Of a stretch of 64,000 nucleotides of DNA, positions 19,704 through 29,679 are shown piece by piece. The DNA lies in IMG/VR virus record IMGVR_UViG_3300010883_028422, positions 32,001 to 96,000 of that record; one strand, 5' to 3'. This stretch comes from a virus. Both the position numbers and the translations under genes were made by a program. Below the pieces are notes generated by a model that was not told the origin of the DNA, ran no database searches, and worked only from the letters and a program-made list of their open reading frames with translations. The number at the start of each line of letters is the position of its first letter. The stretch's first letter is position 1.

Positions 19704-22700
19704 TGAGCGCCCTTACCAGTGGATTTGTCGGGATAAAGTTATCTTACAATGTTGTAGGTGATACCAAGGTAACGGGATGCGGATCCGATTGTGTTGAGGC
19801 AGCAGAGGTTGGCGAAGATCTTGTTATGCTTTACCCAACAAAGCATGATATTAACTGGGGCGTAACCGGCAAGGTTCCCATACCTTTATCTGGCGGGGTT
19901 ATATTAAAAATACCGGGGCCAAAAGATGAGCCGAATCATGCGGCAAATGATGCTGATAGACTAAATGCACTTTTATCAGCAATAAGAGATGATGGGATGC
20001 TAGCAGCGCACCTTGCCGTAGAGGAAGAGGAAGAGGAAGTCGGGGGGAGTGGCGGCAGCTTGCTTAATCGCGGAACAACTCTTGGCTCGAGTGAGGCCGA
20101 GACCGAAGACTACCCCGCGTATTTTCTGGTCAACCAGGCGAAAAAAGAGCTGAATAGGGTTTTGTATAACATTTCAAAGAATGAAGGCCTTACTACTGGA
20201 TACAAAAACTTAGAAGATTTAAAAATTATAATAGGCACAAGCACTATTGAAGACCCGTCAAAAATTGAGACGGGCAATGATTGCGCTATTAGTTCTGATA
20301 TAAAGTCATGCTTTGAGTTAACATATATACCATTAGAAGTTATATGTGGAACAAAAAGTATAGCCCAAATGTTTGGTGAAAGATTCAAGAATGTTTATGG
20401 AGTCTGCGGGAACTCATATGATAGAATCGCAGATTATATGAATTCTGACGAACATTCAGGCCCGGATGATTTTGAAGGAGACAAGGTTCTTACGCAAGAT
20501 GGAGAGATTACTTCGGCTGTTGCAGATTTAATGGGGAAGCTTGGTGGTGGAATTGATATACTTGCGCTTTTGGCAGGATTATTTAATTTAGACTTTTTCC
20601 CATTAGACATTGAGGCAATTATTATGGCTCTTGCGGGGGATCTTGTGGCGGAAATTGCCGGCGCTATAGGTATAGAGTTTGGAGAGATGGAGTTAGCTGA
20701 AAAAAAGAGAATGCTTTTGGCACAGCTATTAGACGTGCTTAAAGAGACGCAAATTAGAGAGCTTTTGCTTGAATTTTTTCCAATACAAAATGTTGAAGAA
20801 GAGCTTGTTAGGGGCACCGGCAAGATCGCCCTAGATCGTCGTGGGTTTTATACGATGCACAAAGGGGAGATTTTTATAAAACTTCCAAACATGTCGTGTA
20901 TGGACGCCGCCGGGTTTGTGCCCGCAGGGGTTTTTTATGATACTGTAGATGGTAAAGCTGTTTTAAATAGAGTCTTCTTTATAGAGCAACACTATCAGAA
21001 AAAGATTACAAGGTGGGGTTTCCTCCCCCTGCCTCCTCCAGCTCCATTGATAGAGAATGGTAATGACATTACGTTTCCAGAGACAAGTGATGTTGAGTTT
21101 TTAGTTGACGGCATAAATCTCCCCGAGGGCCAGGGGAAGCATACATACTTTTTATCGCCAATAGCAGACCCCGTAGGAAAGCTCGATGTCAATCAGTTTC
21201 AATGCAATAAAGAGGGTAGGGAGCTATTTACTGCTCCATTAATTACAAGATTTATATTTGCACCAAGTGAAGCGAAGGCCGGCCCTTATGATGATTACCA
21301 AGCCTCTGTAGGCATAGCTATATTTGACGCTATGATCCGCAAGAGCGTAGGCCGCTATGGCGCTATGGGCGATTTGTTTGAGACATCTACGACTTTTGGC
21401 GAGAACAAGGATGGGGATAAGACGCTAATAATAAAGAAGCAAAATTTGGACGGTGCCGCTGCAGAGTCTGTAAGAAAGCTGGGCGATGCACAGATGTTGG
21501 TTGCGTTTATGCTTTATGAACTAGGAGACCTTGCTGGTGCGGAGAGCACAGTGAACACAGCTCAGGGGTTTTATGACACGGCAGAGTTTATTCTTGGGAA
21601 GGTAGATGAAACAGAAGAAATTAGGATTTTAAATATTGGATTTCCACTGACGGATCCAAGTCAGACCTTTGCCGGGGATGCAAAATATCTAATTGGCGAA
21701 AAAAATAGGGCAGACTTAATTCTTGCTCCGCTTCGAGTTGCGATGTCTGGATCGACAAAGAACAATAGGTTGCATAACAATCCTGGGATAAATGGACTAA
21801 GCAATTTATATTCATCAAATAGACCAAAGTTTTGTTCTCTTCCCAAAGATGGCGATTATGCTAGTTCACACATACCTGAGTTCTTTTGGATACCATGCTC
21901 TGAAGAAGGCAAGGTTGGAGAGAGCATAAAGTTAAAAGTAAAGGCTGATGAATTAAAGCTTAGATTTGTAAAAAGAGAGGTAAAGTTTGCTTTATACGCT
22001 GTAGACATAATGGGTCAAATAGCAAGAGCTCCAAATGGGTTAATATCTTTTGACTCTCCCGCACCATCTATAGAGGAGGTCCTTCCGTCAGGGTGCGCTG
22101 GCGGCGGAAGAATAACCACTGATACATTTTTCACGTTAAGAATTGTTGGCTCTGACCTAGGAAATGTAAAGACGATTGTGTTTGACGGACCAAACCAAAA
22201 GATTACATTTTCTTCTTCTAGTGGTGGTGATTATAATGTAAGTGTTGACGATGAGACAATACAGATAACTTTTGCTGGAAATGCATCTCCGGTAAAGTCA
22301 ACCTTTGGAAGCTGGGGCTTTACGAATGGTGAGTGGGAATGCACCCTGATTGATGGTGATAGAAGGGAGTCTAAGCAAGAGGTGTCATTATATGTTAGTC
22401 TTGCTGATGAAGAGCTTCCGAGTACATGCTCATCTAGCCTTGCATATATACCGCATGATTCATTTTCTGCACCAGGATTTGATGATGAAATTTATGGGGT
22501 TCCATTATATTTGGATGAGAGCAATAATGCAAATATAGAGATAGGGTCTAAATCTAAATTATTTAGTGGCAAATATGACGGTCTTCATGCATATTTAGCC
22601 GTACAGATTGGCGCCGGTGTTGACGAGAGATGCGATACATTTTCATTTGCAGAAGACAGGATCGAGGTATTTATAAATATTGATGGAAGAAACCAGAGGG

Positions 22701-25700
22701 TTATTCTTATAAAGTCTATTGAGTACGAGTTTTCTGCGTCCGCTCTGTCTGGATTTTATAAAAAGCCTACCTTCTGGGGCTGGGGATCTGGGAAAAAGGC
22801 AATTATCGAGTTTCCTGGCAAATATAACAAATTAAACTTTACGCCATTAGTCGATATGTCTAGTGTATTTTTTATAGTTACAAATAGAAAGATAGATGAG
22901 TACGAATATACAGACAACAGCATAATGGATGATGGAACATATTCTTTCGTTAGAGTTGGAGATAATACAAATAAAGACTCGGATGGCAACCTTAATCCGG
23001 GATTTATTGTTTCCCCAAGAATCGCCGGAATAATAGCGCTTGTTCCGGAGAAAGTTAGCGACGGAACCACGACGTATGATGGATACAATACTCTTCCGAT
23101 GGAGATATCTGCAAATTTAGAGAAGTTTATAAAAGACGACTTAGGCTTTGGGGGTTCAAAGCTTGCCCACAGGGCTGTCAAAACTCAAGGCTATTTTCAA
23201 AATTTGGCCATTATATTTACCGGCTCTATGATATCTCCAGATCCAGAAAAGAGTTATTCTTTCTTTTGGGGCAAAACTCCAGATAAAAAGAATAATTTAA
23301 AGAAGAAGCTTAAATCTAAGATAAAGAAAGTTCCCGGAATGCCAGGGTATATGTATGCGGTATTTGAAGACGTTAGTACGACAGAAACTGGTAGTGATAT
23401 CGGGTTGTTTTTAACTCATGCAGATAAGAAGTTTAATCCATTAGGACTTTATTCCTCAGAGACCTTATATTTTAAAGCAACAACTAATGATATAAATTAT
23501 GTAGAGGCAGATATTGATGATGAGGATCTCTCGCTAACTCTACCTGATGATATAAATAAGTTGCTTGAGCCATTGCTTGCGGGGCCCTCCGGCCCCGGCA
23601 ATGATGCATTAACTAAAAGAAGAGACGATGGTATTAATCATTATTTAATTCCAATTAAGGCCAGATCAAATATAGATATGGCTATGCCAGGAGCAGTAGC
23701 TAGTTCGTTAGGCGAGGTCCTTTCTTTGAAAGCTGGAGAGCCAGTTGCAAATGCTACGGGAATAGGCAATACGGTAGCTGTGACAATACCAAAGCAAAGT
23801 GTTGTGCCGCATGGTGATTATTTTACAGGCGAAGTTGGTGGAAAGCCGGTTACAAGAATCATCACCACAATACAAATATCCCCAAATCAGCCTGCATGGG
23901 TTGTCCCAGAAATATATCAGCTTCAAATTGGAGGCCAGATTGAAAATACAGAAGAGGGGATGAAGAAACTTGATTGGGGCAAGCAAGATTCTATAAAAGT
24001 GTGGGCCAGGGGCGCTTCGTTAACAAAAGATTGGGCTATTGTTTTTGATGTAGCTAACGATGGAAGGGGGGCTATACCGCTTATTAATCGCAGTGTTGAA
24101 AAAATAAAGCCTGGTGACTTTATGTTTGATGCAGAGTTGTCGCCCTTGCTTAAGGCGGCATTTGCTACAAAGCCAAAGGGCGATGGAAACACGGTCTCAT
24201 GCATGCCGGGCCTTGGGCTGTCTGACACAAATTTAAAATATGACTCCGCTAAGGCTACGCTTGGCTCTGTGGTGACTTTGGACATGACCACCGTTATGAA
24301 GAATATGATGAATGGTCCGCATAAGAATAAGCGAAGATCTCCGGGGCTATGGAAGCCTGTTCCGAAGCTTACGCTAGGACCGGTAAAGTTGCAGCTTCCC
24401 GTTATCAATCCAGCCTTAATGCAATCGTTTTGTGATTTCTCCTTTCACCTAACCGGAGAGCTAAAGGTTCACTTAGAACAATTTTATATTTTATGTATTC
24501 CGATCCAAGTTTTATTGTGCATTATTGATGTTATATGCGCATTGTTAAATCCGTTCAAACTTGTTTTGGCAATAATAAGATTATTTGAATGCCTATTTGA
24601 TTTGCTGCTTCTTTTGCCACAAATATCTATTCCGGTCATGTTTTTAAACTTAGTGCTTCATCTTCTTGAGATATTAGAGTGCATAATAAGAAAGATACTC
24701 TGGTTGATATTGGCAATTAATGCGCTGGTTATAGCGTTTAAAAATGCTATACCTATAAATCCAGAGACCAATGAGATTGACTACAGGTATATAGATTGGG
24801 AAGCGATACAGACACTCGAAGAGACCATTGGTGAGTACTTATTTGATATGGAGGCGGACTTAGACTTCCTTGGTCCAGTTATGAGCGTTCTGGGGATGTT
24901 CTTGCAGCTTCTGCAGCTATTATTTAGATTCCCATGTCGCATAAATCCAAGCGGTGGTTCATATATCTGCGGTATAGACGGCTCAATGTTGGGCGGCTTA
25001 ATCAGAGGCAAGGCGATGCCCGCTGAAGGTTCAATAGATACAAACTACTTGTTGCCGGTTGCACAGGTTTATTCTAAAGAAGAGGGCGAGATTAAGGGTG
25101 TTGGTAAGACAGATGATGAGAGGACTGTCATCTTGGGTTGTTTTTCCGGCTCTACACATCTGTACTTGCCTCATATGACTTCGGAAATTGGGAAAGTATA
25201 CGCTCAGGAGTCAGATTCTGATGGTACATTGCTAACAAACCTGATAGATGATGGAACATATGATAAAAAATCATATAGGGCCAAAGGTAGTGGAGGCGAT
25301 GTTAGTAGCATTGGTGACCTAACTTTTACAGCCTCTATAACAAAGTCTGTTGCCGGTTTTAATCTTTTTGAGAGTGACCCGAAGCTTACAACCTTTCACT
25401 TTAATAGCTCCTATGAGGGCTGGTGCTTTCCCGTTCCGTGGAAACCAGCCGATGGTGCCGGATCTTGGTCTTATCCAATTAGAAGCTATATAGATCTTCC
25501 CAGGCCGGGAGATTCGCCATTGGTTCTTTTTGATGATAGCGACATTTCTATTCTGAAGACAAAATCTGGTGGGAATTTTGTAAGCCCTCACGACGGATAT
25601 TCATTTTTAAAGGGCATTGAGACCGACTTAGAGAGAAACGTTAAGCCCCTAACGGTTACTTTTGAGTGGTCTGAGTTTACTGTTAATCCAGATACTGGAG

Positions 25701-27163
25701 AGATGGAAGAGGAGATTAAGAGTGTAACAAATACTTATGACGAAATACCTTCTTTGGCCATTATTGATGGAAACGGAGATGTCTATTTTCCAACAAAGTT
25801 TTATTTTGGAGATGATAGTAGCGATAGTGGCGCAGGAAGTGAAAAGAAGGTTATAGCGATTGATGCGAAGGTTATCAATAGAGACACGGCTCAGATGCTT
25901 GCTAAATCAAAAGAAACAAGAAAAGAGATGACGGATGCCACAAAGGCAGAGGTGGATACTTGCAATGCGATGGAGGGCAACGATGCTGATGGCTACCCTC
26001 TCTCAGACGGCTGCTTGGAAAAATTAGAATACGAGTATAATGAGTATAAGACAATTAGTTATCCACAAATTATGTTTTTTGATATGAGGCAGATAGAACA
26101 AGAGCTAGAGGACCTGTGTATGCCTGCTCAAATGAATGCAGAGGTTATACCGGATGAGGAGCCGGACGAGCTTATAGACATAGTTCAGGAGACGAGCGAC
26201 TGTATTCAGAAGTTTATCGACCAAGTTAATGAGCAGAGAACTGCGATACTTGATGCGATGGCAGAAACGCCGCCAGGAGACGGCGAAACATGGCTCACCG
26301 TTCCAGACATACCGCAGTTCGATGTTGAGGTGTTTACGTTAAATGGACAAACCCTTAAGGACTGCCTCAATGATAGTGTAGATAAAATATGCAAATTTGT
26401 TGTAAATCCATTAACGACATCATTTAAGGTTCTTGAGGACACGGACACGGCATCTGTAGGAGACTTATTCCCTGAGCTTGTTCTTAGCGAAACATATTCT
26501 GATGGTGCAGCAACAATGCTTGGTTTGTCACCAGCCCCTCCAATAACTGCAGAAACGCTAATTGATCCAGATCCGACGATAACAGATGAGGAGTTCCTTG
26601 AGGGATCCAAATTTATAGGAGCCAGAGAATATGCCGCTGGCATAGGAGATAACGCGGCTATAAAGATTGGCTCTGAGGCAACAATTCAGATTATACCTAG
26701 AGATATTTATAATGAAGCAATAAATGAAAATGCTGATTTGACTAGCAAAATAGAATTAGAGATCTTATCGGACGGAACAGGAGATGCGGAGTTTGAGCTA
26801 TATGAGCATGAAGATGGTGAAAAATATAATGTACGAAAAATGGGCGAAATATATGAAGGAAAGCTGTCTTCCGGCAAGCCAGGCGTAGTTAAATTAAAAG
26901 TATCCATATGTTTAAAAACTATAAAGGCATTTGCAAATGCCGGCCTGTCGTCAGAAGTGGAGGTTGTAGCTGAAGTTGATTGCATAGATACGGTAGAGAC
27001 AGAAGAAGAGGTTGCCGTAACTGCAATAGGCGGGATAGTGAAGGTTGATAGGATACTAACAATATTGTTTGTGTCGAAGACTGCAGCCTCAATTGGCGAT
27101 GGAGATGATGCAGCTGTCGCGAAACCGGGCCCACAGACGTTCGGCACTAGTTTGGAGAACTAA
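19703..27163 (+). CDS. 2486-aa virion-associated protein with hydrophobic helices, an IPT/TIG-like and a C-terminal Ig-like domain
   Basis: TAATG coupling to the spike gene. PAPSIEEVLPS...FTLRIVGSDL is IPT-like. ATIQIIPRD...YEGKLSSGKPGVVKLKVSI is Big_1/invasin-like. Long Leu/Ile/Cys stretch at about 24480-24740. Confidence 0.55.
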   Translation: MSALTSGFVGIKLSYNVVGDTKVTGCGSDCVEAAEVGEDLVMLYPTKHDINWGVTGKVPIPLSGGVILKIPGPKDEPNHAANDADRLNALLSAIRDDGMLAAHLAVEEEEEEVGGSGGSLLNRGTTLGSSEAETEDYPAYFLVNQAKKELNRVLYNISKNEGLTTGYKNLEDLKIIIGTSTIEDPSKIETGNDCAISSDIKSCFELTYIPLEVICGTKSIAQMFGERFKNVYGVCGNSYDRIADYMNSDEHSGPDDFEGDKVLTQDGEITSAVADLMGKLGGGIDILALLAGLFNLDFFPLDIEAIIMALAGDLVAEIAGAIGIEFGEMELAEKKRMLLAQLLDVLKETQIRELLLEFFPIQNVEEELVRGTGKIALDRRGFYTMHKGEIFIKLPNMSCMDAAGFVPAGVFYDTVDGKAVLNRVFFIEQHYQKKITRWGFLPLPPPAPLIENGNDITFPETSDVEFLVDGINLPEGQGKHTYFLSPIADPVGKLDVNQFQCNKEGRELFTAPLITRFIFAPSEAKAGPYDDYQASVGIAIFDAMIRKSVGRYGAMGDLFETSTTFGENKDGDKTLIIKKQNLDGAAAESVRKLGDAQMLVAFMLYELGDLAGAESTVNTAQGFYDTAEFILGKVDETEEIRILNIGFPLTDPSQTFAGDAKYLIGEKNRADLILAPLRVAMSGSTKNNRLHNNPGINGLSNLYSSNRPKFCSLPKDGDYASSHIPEFFWIPCSEEGKVGESIKLKVKADELKLRFVKREVKFALYAVDIMGQIARAPNGLISFDSPAPSIEEVLPSGCAGGGRITTDTFFTLRIVGSDLGNVKTIVFDGPNQKITFSSSSGGDYNVSVDDETIQITFAGNASPVKSTFGSWGFTNGEWECTLIDGDRRESKQEVSLYVSLADEELPSTCSSSLAYIPHDSFSAPGFDDEIYGVPLYLDESNNANIEIGSKSKLFSGKYDGLHAYLAVQIGAGVDERCDTFSFAEDRIEVFINIDGRNQRVILIKSIEYEFSASALSGFYKKPTFWGWGSGKKAIIEFPGKYNKLNFTPLVDMSSVFFIVTNRKIDEYEYTDNSIMDDGTYSFVRVGDNTNKDSDGNLNPGFIVSPRIAGIIALVPEKVSDGTTTYDGYNTLPMEISANLEKFIKDDLGFGGSKLAHRAVKTQGYFQNLAIIFTGSMISPDPEKSYSFFWGKTPDKKNNLKKKLKSKIKKVPGMPGYMYAVFEDVSTTETGSDIGLFLTHADKKFNPLGLYSSETLYFKATTNDINYVEADIDDEDLSLTLPDDINKLLEPLLAGPSGPGNDALTKRRDDGINHYLIPIKARSNIDMAMPGAVASSLGEVLSLKAGEPVANATGIGNTVAVTIPKQSVVPHGDYFTGEVGGKPVTRIITTIQISPNQPAWVVPEIYQLQIGGQIENTEEGMKKLDWGKQDSIKVWARGASLTKDWAIVFDVANDGRGAIPLINRSVEKIKPGDFMFDAELSPLLKAAFATKPKGDGNTVSCMPGLGLSDTNLKYDSAKATLGSVVTLDMTTVMKNMMNGPHKNKRRSPGLWKPVPKLTLGPVKLQLPVINPALMQSFCDFSFHLTGELKVHLEQFYILCIPIQVLLCIIDVICALLNPFKLVLAIIRLFECLFDLLLLLPQISIPVMFLNLVLHLLEILECIIRKILWLILAINALVIAFKNAIPINPETNEIDYRYIDWEAIQTLEETIGEYLFDMEADLDFLGPVMSVLGMFLQLLQLLFRFPCRINPSGGSYICGIDGSMLGGLIRGKAMPAEGSIDTNYLLPVAQVYSKEEGEIKGVGKTDDERTVILGCFSGSTHLYLPHMTSEIGKVYAQESDSDGTLLTNLIDDGTYDKKSYRAKGSGGDVSSIGDLTFTASITKSVAGFNLFESDPKLTTFHFNSSYEGWCFPVPWKPADGAGSWSYPIRSYIDLPRPGDSPLVLFDDSDISILKTKSGGNFVSPHDGYSFLKGIETDLERNVKPLTVTFEWSEFTVNPDTGEMEEEIKSVTNTYDEIPSLAIIDGNGDVYFPTKFYFGDDSSDSGAGSEKKVIAIDAKVINRDTAQMLAKSKETRKEMTDATKAEVDTCNAMEGNDADGYPLSDGCLEKLEYEYNEYKTISYPQIMFFDMRQIEQELEDLCMPAQMNAEVIPDEEPDELIDIVQETSDCIQKFIDQVNEQRTAILDAMAETPPGDGETWLTVPDIPQFDVEVFTLNGQTLKDCLNDSVDKICKFVVNPLTTSFKVLEDTDTASVGDLFPELVLSETYSDGAATMLGLSPAPPITAETLIDPDPTITDEEFLEGSKFIGAREYAAGIGDNAAIKIGSEATIQIIPRDIYNEAINENADLTSKIELEILSDGTGDAEFELYEHEDGEKYNVRKMGEIYEGKLSSGKPGVVKLKVSICLKTIKAFANAGLSSEVEVVAEVDCIDTVETEEEVAVTAIGGIVKVDRILTILFVSKTAASIGDGDDAAVAKPGPQTFGTSLEN

Positions 27164-27165
27164 TA

Positions 27166-29148
27166 ATGGCAGAAGTTAAACTAACAAATGTATTTGAACA
27201 GGCATTATCTGTTTTAAACAAGGCGTTTGCCGATGTTGCATTTGACGGACAAAAGGTAGAAACTTTAAATTTAAAGCACTTTGTAGAGGAGTATTCTGAC
27301 AGTCAGAAGAATGCGGTAACGTCTATAGCTGAGTACCTATCTTCATCGTCAAAGACTATTACAAAGATGCGCTCTAGTTACTTGCCGCAAGACCTTTTCC
27401 CTTCGCTATATTCGGACACCGAGGCAATGGGTGTTAACGTAGCTGGAGTTTCATTGAGTACGGTACGGGGCATCGATTCCGCTTCTGGTGGTAATTTTAC
27501 TGAGATGGAATCCTATGAGAATGCATTTATGAGAATGCTTGGTATGCCAATGAGCGATGATTCAAGGCTTAAGGGAAAAACAATAAGCTTTCTTGATCCA
27601 AAGTCTAAGAGCTTGATTGGTGACGGCAAATTTGCCCAAACAATTGAAGCTTTAGAAGAAACGGTATTAAATGAACGACAAAAAAATATTTTAACTAGAA
27701 GCAGGATTATAGATGATGCAATATTTAATAAAGATGAATCTGCATTGGCCTATAACCACAAGTGGACAGATGTAGAGGTTGAGGCTATAAAGGCGGCGAT
27801 TGACGGCTGGAAGACCTTTTCTGAGCAGAAGGCCAAAGATAAAACGACCGGCAAAGAGGCACCGACTCTCACAACAGAGAGGGGGAGGTTGATGCAGGTG
27901 ATGGAGAGGACTATAAATAATGATGAAAATATAAAAGAATTATACGGCATTCTTAATTCAACGCCAAAGCTAAGAGATGAGTACCTGTCCACCGTCAAAA
28001 CAGCAACAGAAGGGGGCGGAAATGTAAGTGATGCGATTAATAAGTTTCTTTTAGCAAATAAAAAAAATCTAAGTGTATACACTCTTCATGAAGATTTTTA
28101 TAGCTTTAAATATTTGCTTTTCCCACCAGTTCAAGATGCAAGAATATCAAAATGTTTAAATGAGCCAGAAAAGATAGTCTCTAGGCCGTTTTATGGGGCT
28201 AGCGATCACGTTAATTCAAAAAAAATAAGAATGAGTCTTCTTGAGGCCATAATAAGAATAAGAATGGACCGAGGATCTGGCGCCGGCCCAGAGATTCAGG
28301 ATTTATCGCTAGATAGTAGTGAGCGTCTTAATCCAAATACATTTGGAGTTCTCGAAGCACTTGTTATTGTTAGACTGCAAGCAGCTGTTGAGGCTTATTC
28401 GGTTAATATTCGTGATGATTTAGAGTCTTTATCAAATTATGCTTCAAAACTACATGTAGCGATCTCTGAGCATGAGGCTAGAAATGCGCAAGCAAGCCTT
28501 CTTGACGGAAGGGCACCCATTGTAACATACGAAGATGACTCATTTGATGGTGAGTTTTTGAGGAAAAGTCACTCGAAAACTGTTGAAACTGCAATATTAA
28601 CTTTGTTTGGAAATACAAATAAGGTTCCCGGCCTAAGCTCGGTTGTTCCGGCTACAAATGGAAATGTTTTAGACTCACAGGTTGGCGGCCTAAGGACCTC
28701 GTCTGTTTTAGACGCACATCTTTTGGCCCCAACCCTTGGAATAGTCGGCCTTCCGCTTAAGGCTATAAATGACAGACTTCAAGAGATGCGGGATGGAATC
28801 GAAAGGTCATCTGGGCCTGATATAAAGAAAAGTGTTGCCGGAATAAGAACAATTCTTGGCTCAACAAATGGCGTTGGCGCTATTGATGTTGCTGTTTTTT
28901 CCCTCGCACTGTTTACAATGCGCGAAGATCTGCTTCTCGGCCTAATACCAGTGGAATCTTATGATATGCTTAAAAATTCTAAAGAATTTAAGTATTTGCT
29001 CGGAAACACTGCAAATGACCAGCCAGATTTGATTGACTCATTAGAAAACTTATCTGCTCGGTTAAAGATTGGATACGACTCTTTTGTTAAAAAAATGAAG
29101 AAATTTAGGTACGAAGAAGACGTGTTGGCTAAGAAATCTGCAAAGTAA
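27166..29148 (+). CDS. Hypothetical helical protein in the baseplate module
   Basis: 660-aa ORF starting 2 nt after the upstream stop. No motif recognised. Confidence 0.6.
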   Translation: MAEVKLTNVFEQALSVLNKAFADVAFDGQKVETLNLKHFVEEYSDSQKNAVTSIAEYLSSSSKTITKMRSSYLPQDLFPSLYSDTEAMGVNVAGVSLSTVRGIDSASGGNFTEMESYENAFMRMLGMPMSDDSRLKGKTISFLDPKSKSLIGDGKFAQTIEALEETVLNERQKNILTRSRIIDDAIFNKDESALAYNHKWTDVEVEAIKAAIDGWKTFSEQKAKDKTTGKEAPTLTTERGRLMQVMERTINNDENIKELYGILNSTPKLRDEYLSTVKTATEGGGNVSDAINKFLLANKKNLSVYTLHEDFYSFKYLLFPPVQDARISKCLNEPEKIVSRPFYGASDHVNSKKIRMSLLEAIIRIRMDRGSGAGPEIQDLSLDSSERLNPNTFGVLEALVIVRLQAAVEAYSVNIRDDLESLSNYASKLHVAISEHEARNAQASLLDGRAPIVTYEDDSFDGEFLRKSHSKTVETAILTLFGNTNKVPGLSSVVPATNGNVLDSQVGGLRTSSVLDAHLLAPTLGIVGLPLKAINDRLQEMRDGIERSSGPDIKKSVAGIRTILGSTNGVGAIDVAVFSLALFTMREDLLLGLIPVESYDMLKNSKEFKYLLGNTANDQPDLIDSLENLSARLKIGYDSFVKKMKKFRYEEDVLAKKSAK

Positions 29149-29240
29149 TGATTTTCTTATGAAATATGTTGGTATTTTGACAGACCGCTTTCTATTATTT
29201 TAATACAATTTAACGAATATTTAAATCTAGGTTAATACAC

Positions 29241-29672
29241 ATGTCGTTTGATTTGAGGATACAGAATGGTGATATAAAAATCTCAAGAGATGGGGACCTT
29301 GGTGTTGTTCTTGATAATGAAAAAATTAGACAAGATATAATAAAGATATTGCTTACAAAGTTGGGGGAAAATAAATATCATGCATATTACGGAAGCTCGC
29401 TTGGTGCGCTGGAAATTGGTGGAGTTCCGGATGTAGAAATCGTTGAGGGGGACTTATTAAGAATGACGGAGGAGTCGATGGCTGTATTGATGAGGCTTCA
29501 ATCAAATCAGGCCGGGGCCCAGTATATAACTCCTGGAGAAACAATTGTAGATATTTTAAATGTTGATATAAATAGAGATGTATCAGACCCAAGGGGATAT
29601 AACGTAAGCGTAACAGTTTTAACAAGAAAGCTAACAAAAGTTACAGAATCTGTAACGGTTAGAATTTTATAG
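29241..29672 (+). CDS. Baseplate wedge subunit, gp25/gpW-like
   Basis: FDLRIQNGDI...EKIRQDIIKILLTKLGENKYHAYYGSSL, 143 aa, directly before the J-like gene. Confidence 0.8.
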   Translation: MSFDLRIQNGDIKISRDGDLGVVLDNEKIRQDIIKILLTKLGENKYHAYYGSSLGALEIGGVPDVEIVEGDLLRMTEESMAVLMRLQSNQAGAQYITPGETIVDILNVDINRDVSDPRGYNVSVTVLTRKLTKVTESVTVRIL

Positions 29673-29679
29673 GTGAACC

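Noticed and set aside
29177-29204. Sigma70-like promoter TTGACA-N16-TTTAAT before gp25
   Set aside because: The -10 box lacks the conserved A at its second position, and AT-rich gaps give such matches by chance.
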